Shown: positions 17,275-28,342, counted from the first letter of the stretch. The stretch: 64,000 nucleotides of DNA from an uncultured delta proteobacterium (GCA_963767925.1 CAVYGB010000008.1:1824001-1888000); one strand, 5' to 3'. The notes: generated from the sequence alone by a model not told the origin. Translations and numbers: made by a program.

Positions 17275-20013
17275 TCAGTGCGCCTCGCCCCAAGTGCGCC
17301 CCGACCCGACATCGACCACGAGCGGTACCTCCAGAAGATACACGTTTTGCATCTCCCGGCGCACCCAGTCGGAAAAATCCGGGACTTGCGGCTCGGGGAT
17401 CTCGAAGACGAGCTCGTCGTGGACCGTCAGCAGCAGCCGGGCGTCTGGCCAGCCGGTCCGTAAGCCCGCGTCGACCCGGATCATCGCCAGCTTCAGGATA
17501 TCGGCGGCCGACCCCTGGATGGGGGTGTTGCGGGCGACCCGCTCGGCATGGGCCCGCTCCTGCGCCCGGCGCGAGGCCATCTCGGGGATGGGCCGACGCC
17601 GCCCGAGCAAGGTCACCGCCCCCCCGGTCTCCCGGGCCTCCACGATGGAGCGTTCCATGTAGGCCCGCACCCCGGCGTAGCGCTCGAAATAGCTGGCGAT
17701 ATAGGCCTTGGCGGTGGCCCGGGGAATGCGAAGGGTCTGGGCCAGCCCGAAGTCCGACTGGCCGAACACCAGCCCGAAGTTGATGGCCTTGGCCACCCGG
17801 CGCTGCTCGGCGGAGACCGAGTCGGGTGGGATGCTGAACACCTCGGCCGCCGTCCGCTGGTGGATGTCGGCCCCGCTGCGAAAGGCCGCCAGGAAGGCCG
17901 GATCTCCGGAAAAATGGGCGAGGATGCGCAGCTCGATCTGGGAGTAGTCCGCGGAGACGATCCGGTGGCCGGGGTCGGCGATGAAGGCCTGGCGGATGCG
18001 CCGGCCCACCTCGGTGCGGATGGGGATGTTCTGCAGGTTGGGCTCGCTGGACGAGAGCCGGCCGGTGGCAGCCACCGCCTGATTGAAGGTGGTGTGCAGC
18101 CGGCCCGTACGGGCGTGCACCAGCGCCGGCAGGGCTTCGATGTACGTGCTCTTGAGCTTTGTCAGCCCCCGGTATTCGACGATCCGGGCCGGGACGTCAT
18201 GCAAGGCCGCCAGCTCCTCGAGGACGTCGGCGTCGGTCGAGGGTCCGGTCTTGGTCCGACGCACGACCGGCAAGCCGAGCTTGCCGAACAGGACCTCGCC
18301 GAGCTGCTTGGGCGAGCCGATGTTGAAGGTGGTCCCGGCCAGGCGGTGGATGTCCGCCTCCAGCGCGCCGATGTTGCGGTCCAGCTCCTCCCCCAGACGG
18401 CCCAGCTCCAGGCTGTCGATGCGGATACCGTGCGCCTCCACCCGGGCGAGCACCCGGGCCAGGGGCAGCTCGAGATCGACGTAGAGCTGGTCGAGCGCGC
18501 CGCCGCCCAGCGCCTGGCGCTGGGCGATCGCCACCTCCAGCACCGCCGCCGCCTCCACCCCCAGGCGCGCCCCCGCCACGTCGGGCGGGATCTCACCCGG
18601 GGGCCGGCTGGTCCGGCCCGTGCCCAGCCAGGCGGGACGGGAAAGCTCGGCCGAGACCCCCAGCGAGGAGGCCACCAGGTCCAGGTCGTGCCGGTTGCGA
18701 GAGGCGTCGAGCAGGTACCCGGCCAGCAGCGTGTCGGCGTCGACCCCTTGCAGGCGGTAGCCCCGGAAGGCCAGCAGCACCTCCAGGAACTTGCTGTCGT
18801 GGATGGCCTTGGTGACCGCCGGATCGGCGAGCATCGGAGCCAGCCGGGCCAGCAGCTCGGCCCCCCGTATCGCGTTTGGCTCGCCCAGCAGGCGGTGGCC
18901 CAGCGGCACGTAGTAGCGCGGGCCCCCGGGCAGCGCGAACCCGAGCCCGACGAAGTCCGCCCTCGTCGCTTCGCCGCCCTCCGACAAAAGGGCCACCCCA
19001 CAGCGGCCGGCGGCGGCCACCGCGGCGAGCAGGCGATCGATCCCCTCTTCGTCCCGCAGCACCTCGACCGGCACCAGGGGGACCTCGACCGTCACCTGGG
19101 GCGGAGGCGGGCTGGGCGGCGCGGCCTCCGGGCGGGGGCCCCCCGTGGCGTCGTCGAGCGGATCGTCGAGCTTCTCCTGGGTGATGATCCGGAAGAACTC
19201 GAACTCCCGGAGCATGGCGCGGAGCTCGGGGCGCTCGGGCTCCTGCCGGCGGAGCTCGTCGACGGTGATCGGCAGAGGGACGTCGAGGCGGAGGGTGACG
19301 AGCTGGTACGAGACCCGCACCGCCTCCCGAGCGGCCTGGAGCGCCTCTCCCTTCTTTCCCTTCACCTCTCCGGCGTGGGCCAGCACGTTCTCGAGCGTGC
19401 CGTAGCGGTTGACCAGCTCGGCCGCCCCCTTGGGGCCGATGCCGGGCACGCCCGGGATGCAGTCGATGCTGTCACCCTGGAGCGCCAGCACGTCGGCCAC
19501 CTTCTCCGGTGGCACGCCGAACTTCTCCCGCACCTCGTTGGGGCCGATGAAGCGGTTGCGCATGGTATCGAGCATCGAGATGCGATCACCCACCACCTGC
19601 ATCAGGTCCTTGTCGCCCGAGCAGATGACCACCCGCAGGCCACGCTCGGCGGCCTGGCAGGCCAGGGTGGCGATCACGTCGTCGGCCTCGACGGCGGCTA
19701 CCTGCACCTTGGGGATGCGAAAGGTGTCGACCACGCGGTGCAAGAGCTCCACCTGGGCGGCGAGATCGGACGGCATGGGCGGGCGGTCCGCCTTGTAGCC
19801 GGCGTAGAGGTCGGATCGGAAGGTGCGCCCGGGAGCATCGAACACCGCGCACAGATGGGTCGGGCGATTCTCCCGCTCCACCCGCAGCAACATCTGGCAC
19901 AGCCCATAGACGGCCCCGGTCGGCAGCCCGCGGGAGGTGGTCAGCGGTGGCAGCGCGTGGTACGCCCGGAACACGAAGTTCAGGGCGTCGACGATGTAAA
20001 GAGCTTCCTCCAT
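17275..20013 (-). CDS. polA: DNA polymerase I
   Basis: 5'-3' exonuclease (EADDVIATL, SGDKDL, GVPGIGPK); polymerase motifs TGRLSSSEPNLQNIP, ADYSQIELR, AKAINFGLVFG, PIQGSAAD, TVHDEL. Confidence 0.98.
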   Translation of the reverse strand: MEEALYIVDALNFVFRAYHALPPLTTSRGLPTGAVYGLCQMLLRVERENRPTHLCAVFDAPGRTFRSDLYAGYKADRPPMPSDLAAQVELLHRVVDTFRIPKVQVAAVEADDVIATLACQAAERGLRVVICSGDKDLMQVVGDRISMLDTMRNRFIGPNEVREKFGVPPEKVADVLALQGDSIDCIPGVPGIGPKGAAELVNRYGTLENVLAHAGEVKGKKGEALQAAREAVRVSYQLVTLRLDVPLPITVDELRRQEPERPELRAMLREFEFFRIITQEKLDDPLDDATGGPRPEAAPPSPPPPQVTVEVPLVPVEVLRDEEGIDRLLAAVAAAGRCGVALLSEGGEATRADFVGLGFALPGGPRYYVPLGHRLLGEPNAIRGAELLARLAPMLADPAVTKAIHDSKFLEVLLAFRGYRLQGVDADTLLAGYLLDASRNRHDLDLVASSLGVSAELSRPAWLGTGRTSRPPGEIPPDVAGARLGVEAAAVLEVAIAQRQALGGGALDQLYVDLELPLARVLARVEAHGIRIDSLELGRLGEELDRNIGALEADIHRLAGTTFNIGSPKQLGEVLFGKLGLPVVRRTKTGPSTDADVLEELAALHDVPARIVEYRGLTKLKSTYIEALPALVHARTGRLHTTFNQAVAATGRLSSSEPNLQNIPIRTEVGRRIRQAFIADPGHRIVSADYSQIELRILAHFSGDPAFLAAFRSGADIHQRTAAEVFSIPPDSVSAEQRRVAKAINFGLVFGQSDFGLAQTLRIPRATAKAYIASYFERYAGVRAYMERSIVEARETGGAVTLLGRRRPIPEMASRRAQERAHAERVARNTPIQGSAADILKLAMIRVDAGLRTGWPDARLLLTVHDELVFEIPEPQVPDFSDWVRREMQNVYLLEVPLVVDVGSGRTWGEAH

Positions 20014-20105
20014 GGGCACACCGGATTGAGACCCTGGTTACTACCACGGCACCGACCATGGTCCTGCCTCTGTCTCGTCGAGCCGATTGGCGCTACCCTT
20101 GACCG

Positions 20106-23100
20106 GTGGAAACGCGGCCCGGCCATCGACGGTGGAGGCGCGTCGCCGTGGTCGCGGGAGTGGGCTTCGGCCTGCTGGTCGCCGCCTTCGCCGCCGCCAC
20201 CGCCTTGCTCAGGGGCGAGCGGCTCGCCCGGCTGGTGATGGGTCAGCTCCCCGCCTTCGCCGGCAAGATCGAGCTGCGGGCGGTCCACTGGCATCCCCGG
20301 CTGTGGCTCGACCTGCTCACCGATCGGCCCACGCCGATCGTGATCGAGGGGCTGCGCATCACCGATCCGGAGGGGACCGACGTGCTCCGGACGCCGCGGC
20401 TGGAGCTGAAGGTTCGGCCCCGCTCGGTGCTAAGCGCCCGGGTGTTCTTGCACGATGTCAAGCTCGGCCCGGGATCGTTCTGGCGTTTCGGGCGCATGGC
20501 CGGGCGGGAGGCGATCGGGTTTCTCGACTGGTTCCGCATCGGGCCCCCCGTTGTCGCGGTCGAGCCGCCTCCCCCGAAAGAGGGTGAGGGTGGCTTCGTG
20601 TTCCAGATCGTCAACGCCGAGCTGGCCGGGCTCGACGCCGAGTTCGACTTTCCCGGCGCCTGGGGCCTGCTCCTCCGCGACATCCATTCGCCCGCCACCT
20701 TGCTGCTCGAGGGCTCCTTCGTGGGCTGGGACCTCAAGGGGCTCGTCGCGCGCAAGGGCGGCTATCTCCGGATCCTCGACGACGTGCTCCCCTTCGACCG
20801 GGTCGAGGTGGCGCGGGTGGCCACCACGCGGGACTGGCCCGACAACATCTTCCTCGATGTGGCAGCGGCCCGGACCGGGCGCTCGACCCTGACCGCTCGG
20901 GGGATGTTCACCGGCATCTACGGCTACGGGCTCGAGCCCGGCGATCCGCCCGCGGTCAGCGGCATCGACATGCACGCCGAGTTCAGCGACGCAGCCCCTG
21001 CCCTGCAGGCGGTGGCCAGCCGCCGCAACATCGCCGGGCTGGCGGTGCGCGGAGAGGGCGCCCGGCTGACCCTCGACCTGAGCGACGCCTTCGAGCGGCT
21101 GAAGATCAAGGGCCGGCTCCAGGGTCTCGATCTGGCCTACGGGAGCTACGAGGCCCGCCGGTTCGGCGTCGAGCTCGCGCTCGACCTCGGCGCGCCGATC
21201 ACGGTCACCGCCCAGCGGCTGGGGTTCGAGTCCCCCGGCGGCGGCTCGCTGAGCCTGGACGCCGAGCTGCGGGGAGAAAAGGCCCAGGCTTCGCTGGCCT
21301 TCACCCGGTTCGTGACCGACAGCTACCTCCCGAGCGGCCTTCGCAAGCTGGGCGCCGGAACCCTCGAGGGCGGGCTGCGCATCGCCGGCGACCTCTCGGG
21401 CAAGAGCCTCGCGCTCGACGGCCTGGACCTCCGCCTGCGCCGGCGCCTGCGGGGGCGGGCTCCCCGCCTGGTGCGCGTCTTCGGCCAGGCCAGCGCCAAC
21501 CCGCGGAAGGCCGACACCCGCGGGATCACCATCCAGATCCCGGGTGGCTCGGTCACGGCCCGGGGCCACTTCGGGATGGCCCGTCAGGTGCTGGGCCTGG
21601 CCCTGCGCGCGAGCGCGGCCGACCTGCCTGCGCTGCTCGCCTTGCTGGGCCTGCCCCCGCTGGCGCGATCGGCCACTCTCGCCGTCGACGTCTCGGGCAG
21701 CCTGGCCGCGCCCACCGCCAAGGGTTCGGTCGCGATCCGCCAGCTCGCGCTGGCCCCCCTGCCGCTCATCGACTCGGTGCTGGCCCGCTTTCACCTGGCG
21801 GCCGGCACCGCCCACCTCGACGAGCTGACCGCCGAGCTCTTCGGAGGGCGGCTGCAGGCCAGCGGCAGCGCCAAGCTCTTCGAGCGAACGGTCTCGCGCT
21901 GGCTCGCACACCCGAAGGTCGACCTGCGGGTGGAGGGACGGGGCCTCGATCTGGGACAGGTCGTCCAGGGGGGCGCCGTGCGCGGCCGCCTGGACTTCTC
22001 CGCCCAGGCCAGCGGAACCCCCAGCGCCCTGGTGGCGAGGCTGAGCCTGCCGGCGGGCACCGACCTCCTGCTCCTGGACCAGCGCTGGCGGCTCTCGGCC
22101 GTGGAGGTGGAGGCCGACCTGCAGAGCGCCGTCCTGCGTACCACCCGGCTGGAGCGGGCCGGCGGGGGGCACGTCCAGCTCAGCGGCCGGATGGAGTTCG
22201 GCGGGGACACGCGCTGGCAGATCGAGGTGGTGGACCTGCCGCTGGCCGGGCTCCCGGGCGTCGCCGACGCCGGCTTCCCAATCTCGGGCACGGTGTCGGC
22301 TCGCTTCGAGGTGTCGGGGCAGCTCGAGCGCCCGCGGCTCGCCGGCGAGCTGCACCTGCGCGACGTCTCGGCGCGGGGGGTGGCGCTGGGCAATGGCGAC
22401 CTCCGCTTCACCCCCACCGAGAGCGGGGGCGTGGCGGTAGCGGGAGAGCTATTCGACCGCATCCTGGTGCAGGGCACCGCCGACCTGGCACCGGGCGGGC
22501 CCAAGGTGCTGGCGGTGGCCGAGTTTCGTGACCTCGTGCTCGAGGAGCTGGTGCCCGAGATGCGGACCCTGGGCGACGCCCGCGGGCGGGTGACCGGGCG
22601 GGTGCAGGTCAACATGGCCGGCGGCCCGCCCACCATCGACGTTCGCCTCGCCTCGCTCGAGCTCTCGGCCGCGCGGGACCTGGGGGCCGGACCGGTGTCC
22701 CGCCGGCTGTCGCTCAAGAGCGCGACGGACATCCACCTCGTGATGTCCGGCGACGACCTGGTGCTCTACCCGACGCGCCTGACCACCGACGGCGTCGAGT
22801 GCCGACTGGCCGGCGAGCTCCACGGCGACAAGCTGGCGGCCCAGGTGGCCGGCTCGATCAACCTCGAGCTCCTGCAGGCGTTCCTCAGCGATCGGATCGA
22901 GGGCCTGGGGGGCGGCCTCGACCTCTCGCTGCGGCTGGGCGGCACCCTCGGGCGGCCGACCGCCGAGGGGACCATCCACGTGGCCCGACCGATCACGGCG
23001 AAGCTCCCCGAGATCGAGCCAACCTTCACGGTACCGACCGGTCGCGTCGATCTCGACGCGAATGGTATCCGGGTCTCCCGGCTGGCCATCGACGTCGCCG

Positions 23101-24611
23101 ACGCCCGCCTGGAGCTCGAGGGGCGGGTGGGGCTCGACGGCCACCAGAACCCGACCGACCTCGACGTCTCCCTGGGCGGCCAGATCTCGGGGGCCCTGCT
23201 CGAGGCGGTCGCCGGGGGCGCGCTGGCCGACGGCTCGGGTCGGGCCCAGGTGGCCGCCCAGCTCCAGGGCTCGGTCAAGGCGCCGCTGCTGACCGGGCGC
23301 CTCGACCTCGCGAGCCTGGCCTTCCGGCTGCGCGAGCTGGGTCGCGACGTCGTCCTGGAGAGCGGGGTCGTCGAGCTCGACCGCCAGGGCGCGACCTTGA
23401 AGGGCTTGCAGGCCCGGGTGGACGGCCAGGGCAGCTTCAAGATCGGCAGCGATCCCGCGGCGCCGGGGCGGGTGCGGGTAGCGCGGCTGTTCCCCGCCCC
23501 CGAGGTTGGCGCGGTGTGGATCCCACTGCAGGGGCGGCGGCTGTCGTTGCTCGCCTCGAGCAGCCTCGAGCTCGACGACGTGGGCTTCGACCTCGAGCTG
23601 GCGGGAACGCCCGCCCAGGGGTTGGCCCTCACGGGCGAGGTGCTGGTGGCCTCGGGCCGCTACGTGCAGGACTTCACCGTCCGCAAGATGGTCATCTATC
23701 CCAACATCGACGAATCGGCGGTGCACCCTTTCTACGAAGGGGTGCCCTTGCTCGAGGAGCTCTCGCTCGACCTCCGCGTGCGGACCGTGGGCGACAGCTT
23801 CGTCGTGCAGAACAACCTGGCCCCCGAGCTCTACCTGGTGCTCGATCTGCGGGTGCATGGCACCTTGTCCGAGACGCGCATCGCGGGGGACGTTCGCCCC
23901 ACCGACGGACGTTTTCACATCTTCGGGGTGCGGGGGGACTTTACTCTGGTCCCCAACGTCAACCACATCACCTTCGTCGACACGAAGTCGATCGAACGGG
24001 GTGAGACGCCCGAGCTGAACCTGGAGGCCGAGGCCCTCGTCGTCGACTCGACGAGCCGCGAACATGTGGTCAACATGCGCATCAGCGGCCCGGTCTCCCA
24101 GGCCCAGGTCGACCTCTCCTCCAACACCGGCCTCGACCGCAACCAGGCCATGTTGTTGCTCCTGTCCGGACGGACCAGCGAGCAGGAGACGGTCTTCGGG
24201 GGCACGCCCAATGCCACCCTGGGGGCCAACGTTCGCACCGGGACCGACGTCATCGGTCAGATTTCCCGGGACAGCGTCGCCGATTTCCTCGAGCCCTACA
24301 TCGACGATACCCTGCAGCTCATCACCGGGGGGGCGATCAACCTGCGACCCACCTTCGGGCCGGACGGCTTCGAGCTGCGGCTCGACTGGATCGGCCGCCA
24401 GCTCGACTTCCAGGCCAGCCTGCGCCGGGGGCTCGACAGCCAGAAACAGTATCGGGCCGGGTTGAGCCTGTGGGTGATGGACTACCTGACCCTGCGAGGC
24501 TTCGCCGAGCAGGTGACCTTCACGCCCCAGGAGGGCATCATCGAGGAGGCCCAGTCTCTGCGGCTGGAGCTGACCCTGGATTTCCCCATTCGGCCATTCT
24601 TCCTCCGGTAG
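20106..24611 (+). CDS. TamB/AsmA-like translocation and assembly module protein
   Basis: 1501 aa; N-terminal TM anchor, long amphipathic beta-repeat body, DUF490-like C-terminus (PELNLEAE..ISGP..VDLSS); directly upstream of an Omp85 gene. Confidence 0.8.
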   Translation: METRPGHRRWRRVAVVAGVGFGLLVAAFAAATALLRGERLARLVMGQLPAFAGKIELRAVHWHPRLWLDLLTDRPTPIVIEGLRITDPEGTDVLRTPRLELKVRPRSVLSARVFLHDVKLGPGSFWRFGRMAGREAIGFLDWFRIGPPVVAVEPPPPKEGEGGFVFQIVNAELAGLDAEFDFPGAWGLLLRDIHSPATLLLEGSFVGWDLKGLVARKGGYLRILDDVLPFDRVEVARVATTRDWPDNIFLDVAAARTGRSTLTARGMFTGIYGYGLEPGDPPAVSGIDMHAEFSDAAPALQAVASRRNIAGLAVRGEGARLTLDLSDAFERLKIKGRLQGLDLAYGSYEARRFGVELALDLGAPITVTAQRLGFESPGGGSLSLDAELRGEKAQASLAFTRFVTDSYLPSGLRKLGAGTLEGGLRIAGDLSGKSLALDGLDLRLRRRLRGRAPRLVRVFGQASANPRKADTRGITIQIPGGSVTARGHFGMARQVLGLALRASAADLPALLALLGLPPLARSATLAVDVSGSLAAPTAKGSVAIRQLALAPLPLIDSVLARFHLAAGTAHLDELTAELFGGRLQASGSAKLFERTVSRWLAHPKVDLRVEGRGLDLGQVVQGGAVRGRLDFSAQASGTPSALVARLSLPAGTDLLLLDQRWRLSAVEVEADLQSAVLRTTRLERAGGGHVQLSGRMEFGGDTRWQIEVVDLPLAGLPGVADAGFPISGTVSARFEVSGQLERPRLAGELHLRDVSARGVALGNGDLRFTPTESGGVAVAGELFDRILVQGTADLAPGGPKVLAVAEFRDLVLEELVPEMRTLGDARGRVTGRVQVNMAGGPPTIDVRLASLELSAARDLGAGPVSRRLSLKSATDIHLVMSGDDLVLYPTRLTTDGVECRLAGELHGDKLAAQVAGSINLELLQAFLSDRIEGLGGGLDLSLRLGGTLGRPTAEGTIHVARPITAKLPEIEPTFTVPTGRVDLDANGIRVSRLAIDVADARLELEGRVGLDGHQNPTDLDVSLGGQISGALLEAVAGGALADGSGRAQVAAQLQGSVKAPLLTGRLDLASLAFRLRELGRDVVLESGVVELDRQGATLKGLQARVDGQGSFKIGSDPAAPGRVRVARLFPAPEVGAVWIPLQGRRLSLLASSSLELDDVGFDLELAGTPAQGLALTGEVLVASGRYVQDFTVRKMVIYPNIDESAVHPFYEGVPLLEELSLDLRVRTVGDSFVVQNNLAPELYLVLDLRVHGTLSETRIAGDVRPTDGRFHIFGVRGDFTLVPNVNHITFVDTKSIERGETPELNLEAEALVVDSTSREHVVNMRISGPVSQAQVDLSSNTGLDRNQAMLLLLSGRTSEQETVFGGTPNATLGANVRTGTDVIGQISRDSVADFLEPYIDDTLQLITGGAINLRPTFGPDGFELRLDWIGRQLDFQASLRRGLDSQKQYRAGLSLWVMDYLTLRGFAEQVTFTPQEGIIEEAQSLRLELTLDFPIRPFFLR

Positions 24612-24634
24612 TCGAACTCCCGCTGTCCGCGCCT

Positions 24635-27600
24635 GTGCGCTCTCACCCGCTGCCCACGTTCCTGCTCGCCGTGCTGGCCGCCCTCGGCGGCGGCACCGGC
24701 GTGGCCCCCGCGCGCGCCCAGCCCGCCCCGGAGACGCCCGCGGCCGATCCGCCACCTGCGGATCCGCCGGATCCGCAGGCGCCGCTCGTGCCGGCCCGGA
24801 TCGGCGCCGTCACCGTCACGGGCAGCGTGGATCCTCCCGGACGGCTGGAGAGCCTCATCACCTTGCTGGCCCCGCCCGGGTCGCCCTACATCGAGCCGGG
24901 GCCCATGGACCAGATCGGTGAGCCAGTCGGGACCGTGGCCCGCCTGGAGGCCGCCCTGAGCCGCCTGGGCTACGAGCCCTCGGTCCGGGCGGTCCTGCCC
25001 TCGGGCGCCGGGGGGGCGGTCGAGCTGTCGATCCAGTTGCGGCCAGCGGACCGGGTCCGCCACATCTTCGTCCAGGGCAACTGGCCCATGCGCCAGGACG
25101 AGATCTTGCGGCGGCTGACCCTCCGGCCGGGACAGGCGCTGCCCCCTCCGGGAACGCCGCGGAACAGCCGGCTCGAGCAGGAGCGGCAGAGCGTCCTCAC
25201 CTTCCTGCGCGACCAGGGCTACCTGGAGGCGCGGGTGGCCATCCGGCTCGAAGCCCGCTCCCCCTCCCCTGCCCCGGTCAACCTGGTCATCGACATCGAC
25301 GAGGGCCAGGGCTTTCCCATCGGCACGATAACCGTCGAGGGCAACCAGGTCCTGACCGACGACGACATCGCCGGAGGCTTTCGCCACCTCGATCGCCGGC
25401 TGCTCTGGACCCGACCGCAGCCCTTCCGGCTGAGCATCCTGCGCGAGGACCGCAACAAGCTGACCGAGCGCTATCGGGATCTGGGCTACGCCGGGGTCCG
25501 GGTCACGGTCGACTTCGATCCGTCGGCCATCGACTTCCGCCAGCGAAACGTCCAGCTCCACGTCGACGTGCTCGAGCGCAAGCGGGTCGAGGTCCAGTTC
25601 GAGGGCAACGAGGAGATCGACGACGACGACCTGCGCGACGTGATCACCATCTTCTCGCGCGGGTCCTACGTCAACGTGGAGACCCGCTCCAGCGAGGAGG
25701 CCATCGCCCAGCTCTACCGCAGCAAGGGGCACCTGTTCGTCAAGGTCGCGTCCCGCAGCGACGGGTCGGCGGCCGAGGTGCATCGCATCTGGTTCGTCAT
25801 CAACGAAGGACCCAGCCTCAAGGTGCGAGAGGTCGCCTTCGAGGGCCAGCGCGCCTTCTCCGCCTCCCAGCTCGCCGACGTGGTGACGGCACGGGAGTTT
25901 CCCCTCCTGGGCCGCGTCGGCGTCGGAGAAGGCGGCTACGCCAGCTTCCGCCAGCTCGAGCTCGACGTCGAGCGGCTGACCAACTTCTACCAGGGGGCCG
26001 GCTACCCGGACGCCCGTGTCCGCTGCCAGGTCGCGCCCCGGCCCGAGCGCTGGCAACCGCTCGGACCCGACGTGGGCAACGACCCGGCCTGGGCCGGCAC
26101 CGACGCCTTGCACGTGCGCTTCTCCATCGAGGAAGGTCCCCGGGTCGACCTCTCGCAGGTCGTCTTCGAGGTGGGCCCCGGCGAGCGCCTCCCCTACCAA
26201 CCGGATTTCCTGCTCGAGTCGATCGACGGCACGGCGGGCGAGCCCGTCCGGGCCGAGGTGATCCGCAGCGACGGCGAGCGGCTACGCCGGCTGATGGGCG
26301 ACGCCGGCTTCCCCCGGGCCACCGCCGAGCCAATCGTCGAGCGCAAGGGCAACCAGATGCGCCTGCTGTGGCGCTTCCGGCTGGGCCCGCCCCTGCAAGT
26401 GGGGCCCATCTTCGTGCGGGGAAACTTCCTCACCTCCGAGCGCACCATCCGCCGCTGGACGCTGCTGCGCACGGGCGACCCCCTCACGACGACCGCCCTC
26501 GAGCGCAGCCAGCGGAACCTGGCCCTCATCCAGATCTTCAACAACGCGAGTCCCATCAGCTTCCCGCCCGAGGCCCAGGCCCAGAACACCCTGCCGATGC
26601 TGGTCGAGGTGGAGGAGCGCCACGACCACTGGGGCGTCGTCCGGATCGGGGGCGGCGCCTCCACCGAGCAGGCCACGCCCGGCGGCCTGGTCGGTTACTA
26701 CGGGGCGCTGGGCTACGAGCACCGTAACCTGTTCGGCCAGAGCTGGCTGTTCTTCACCCGGGGGGAGCTGGGAAACTCGATCACCCGGCTCGACGCCCAG
26801 TTCACCGACCCCCGCTTCCTGGGGACCCTCTTCCGGCTCAACGTCACGGGCACCTACCTGCGGCAGGCGACCGTCCGACTCGGCGACATCCGCTCCGGGG
26901 GTGGGACCATCGGGTTCGCCCGGGAGATGTACCCCGGCTTCGACGCCTCCCTGACCTACGGTCTGCGCAACACGGTGCGCACGGAGTTCCTCGTGCGCCT
27001 CTCCGGTCCGCTCGACCAGCAGGCGACGGTGAACATCGGGACGGTCGTCGGCAGCCTGGCCCTGGGGATCGACTGGCAACGGCTCGACAACCCCCTGGTC
27101 CCCACCCGGGGTTTCCGCGTGCAGGCCGGGGTGGAGCTGGCAGCCCCGGCGCTCTCCTTTCACTCCGGCGAGGACACCTTCATCAAGACCACCGCCCGCG
27201 CCCTCCACGTGATCCCGCTGTCGCGGCGCCTGGGGTTGCGCCACAGCCTGCGCTACGACCACGGCTTTCCCCTGGCGGGCGCCTCCTTGCTTCCCAAGGT
27301 CGAGCGCATCTTCGCCGGCGGCGACACGACGCTGCGGGGGTTCGACCTCGACCGGGCCCGCACCCAGGAGGTGCGCGCCGACCTCGTGAGCAACATTGCC
27401 TTCACCCAGTACGCGCCGGTGGGCGGCAACCTGCGCCTGCTCCAGAACGTCGACCTGCAGTACCACCTGCTCGGTCCCTGGTACGGGGGCGTGTTCTTCG
27501 ACAGCGGGGTGGTCGCCGACTCCCTCGACGCGCTCGACCCCCGCGATTTCCGCCACGGAGCGGGGGTGGCCCCTTTCATGTTCCGGCTCCCCATCGGAGA

Positions 27601-27691
27601 CATCAGCATCTCCTGGGCCTGGCCCCTAGACCCGCAACCGGGCGACTCCCGGATCGGCCGCCTTCACTTCAACGTCGGCCTGATGTTCTGA
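24635..27691 (+). CDS. Omp85 family (BamA/TamA-like) outer membrane protein with POTRA domains
   Basis: Several POTRA-like repeats; ERIFAGGDTTLRGF lid-loop motif; C-terminal beta-signal LHFNVGLMF; GTG start about 24635 estimated. Confidence 0.9.
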   Translation: MRSHPLPTFLLAVLAALGGGTGVAPARAQPAPETPAADPPPADPPDPQAPLVPARIGAVTVTGSVDPPGRLESLITLLAPPGSPYIEPGPMDQIGEPVGTVARLEAALSRLGYEPSVRAVLPSGAGGAVELSIQLRPADRVRHIFVQGNWPMRQDEILRRLTLRPGQALPPPGTPRNSRLEQERQSVLTFLRDQGYLEARVAIRLEARSPSPAPVNLVIDIDEGQGFPIGTITVEGNQVLTDDDIAGGFRHLDRRLLWTRPQPFRLSILREDRNKLTERYRDLGYAGVRVTVDFDPSAIDFRQRNVQLHVDVLERKRVEVQFEGNEEIDDDDLRDVITIFSRGSYVNVETRSSEEAIAQLYRSKGHLFVKVASRSDGSAAEVHRIWFVINEGPSLKVREVAFEGQRAFSASQLADVVTAREFPLLGRVGVGEGGYASFRQLELDVERLTNFYQGAGYPDARVRCQVAPRPERWQPLGPDVGNDPAWAGTDALHVRFSIEEGPRVDLSQVVFEVGPGERLPYQPDFLLESIDGTAGEPVRAEVIRSDGERLRRLMGDAGFPRATAEPIVERKGNQMRLLWRFRLGPPLQVGPIFVRGNFLTSERTIRRWTLLRTGDPLTTTALERSQRNLALIQIFNNASPISFPPEAQAQNTLPMLVEVEERHDHWGVVRIGGGASTEQATPGGLVGYYGALGYEHRNLFGQSWLFFTRGELGNSITRLDAQFTDPRFLGTLFRLNVTGTYLRQATVRLGDIRSGGGTIGFAREMYPGFDASLTYGLRNTVRTEFLVRLSGPLDQQATVNIGTVVGSLALGIDWQRLDNPLVPTRGFRVQAGVELAAPALSFHSGEDTFIKTTARALHVIPLSRRLGLRHSLRYDHGFPLAGASLLPKVERIFAGGDTTLRGFDLDRARTQEVRADLVSNIAFTQYAPVGGNLRLLQNVDLQYHLLGPWYGGVFFDSGVVADSLDALDPRDFRHGAGVAPFMFRLPIGDISISWAWPLDPQPGDSRIGRLHFNVGLMF

Positions 27692-27703
27692 CCGCTGGCT
27701 CGA

Positions 27704-28342
27704 TCACAGCGGGCCGACAACGAGGGCGATCTTGTTGTGGCGCTTCTCGAACACCATCTTCGCGTCGACCGCCTCCCGGAAGGCCTGGAACGACCCGAGC
27801 CGGACCCGGTACCAGATCCCTTTGCCCGGGATCTCCGACACGACGACGATTGGCTTCTCCCCGTCGAAGCTTCCGGCGAAGGCCTCCGCCTCGGCCCGGT
27901 CGGGGAAGGAACCGACCTGCAGCATGAAGCGCGGTTTGTTCCCGGCCTGCTTGGCGGGCGCGGCGACCGACTCGGACCGGGGCAGCTCCGGGGCGGTGGC
28001 GGCGGGCGCGAGCGCCGCCATGGGCGCAGCCGGTGGCTTTCTCGGAATGGGGATCTCGGCCGCCGGGCGCTCCGCGCGCGCCGTCGGCGGCGGAGGGCTG
28101 GCGGCCGGCGCGGGGGTGGTGGTGGAGGCCACCCGGTCGAGGAGGGCCAGCGGATCTTCGATCTCGGGAGCCAGCGCCCTGCCCCGCGATTCGATCCGCT
28201 TGCCGACGATCACGCCGAGGACGAAGAGCAGGCAGGCCACCAGGGCGCTGCCGAAGAACAGAAACGCGACCTGCCGGTTGTCGAGGCGCACCTCGATCTT
28301 GTCTTTCCAGCGATCCACATCGCGCAGTCCCTGCTGTTCCAT
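27704..28342 (-). CDS. SPOR-domain membrane protein (FtsN/DedD-like)
   Basis: TM helix, Pro/Ala linker, FMLQVGSF...WYRVRLGSF. Confidence 0.88.
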   Translation of the reverse strand: MEQQGLRDVDRWKDKIEVRLDNRQVAFLFFGSALVACLLFVLGVIVGKRIESRGRALAPEIEDPLALLDRVASTTTPAPAASPPPPTARAERPAAEIPIPRKPPAAPMAALAPAATAPELPRSESVAAPAKQAGNKPRFMLQVGSFPDRAEAEAFAGSFDGEKPIVVVSEIPGKGIWYRVRLGSFQAFREAVDAKMVFEKRHNKIALVVGPL

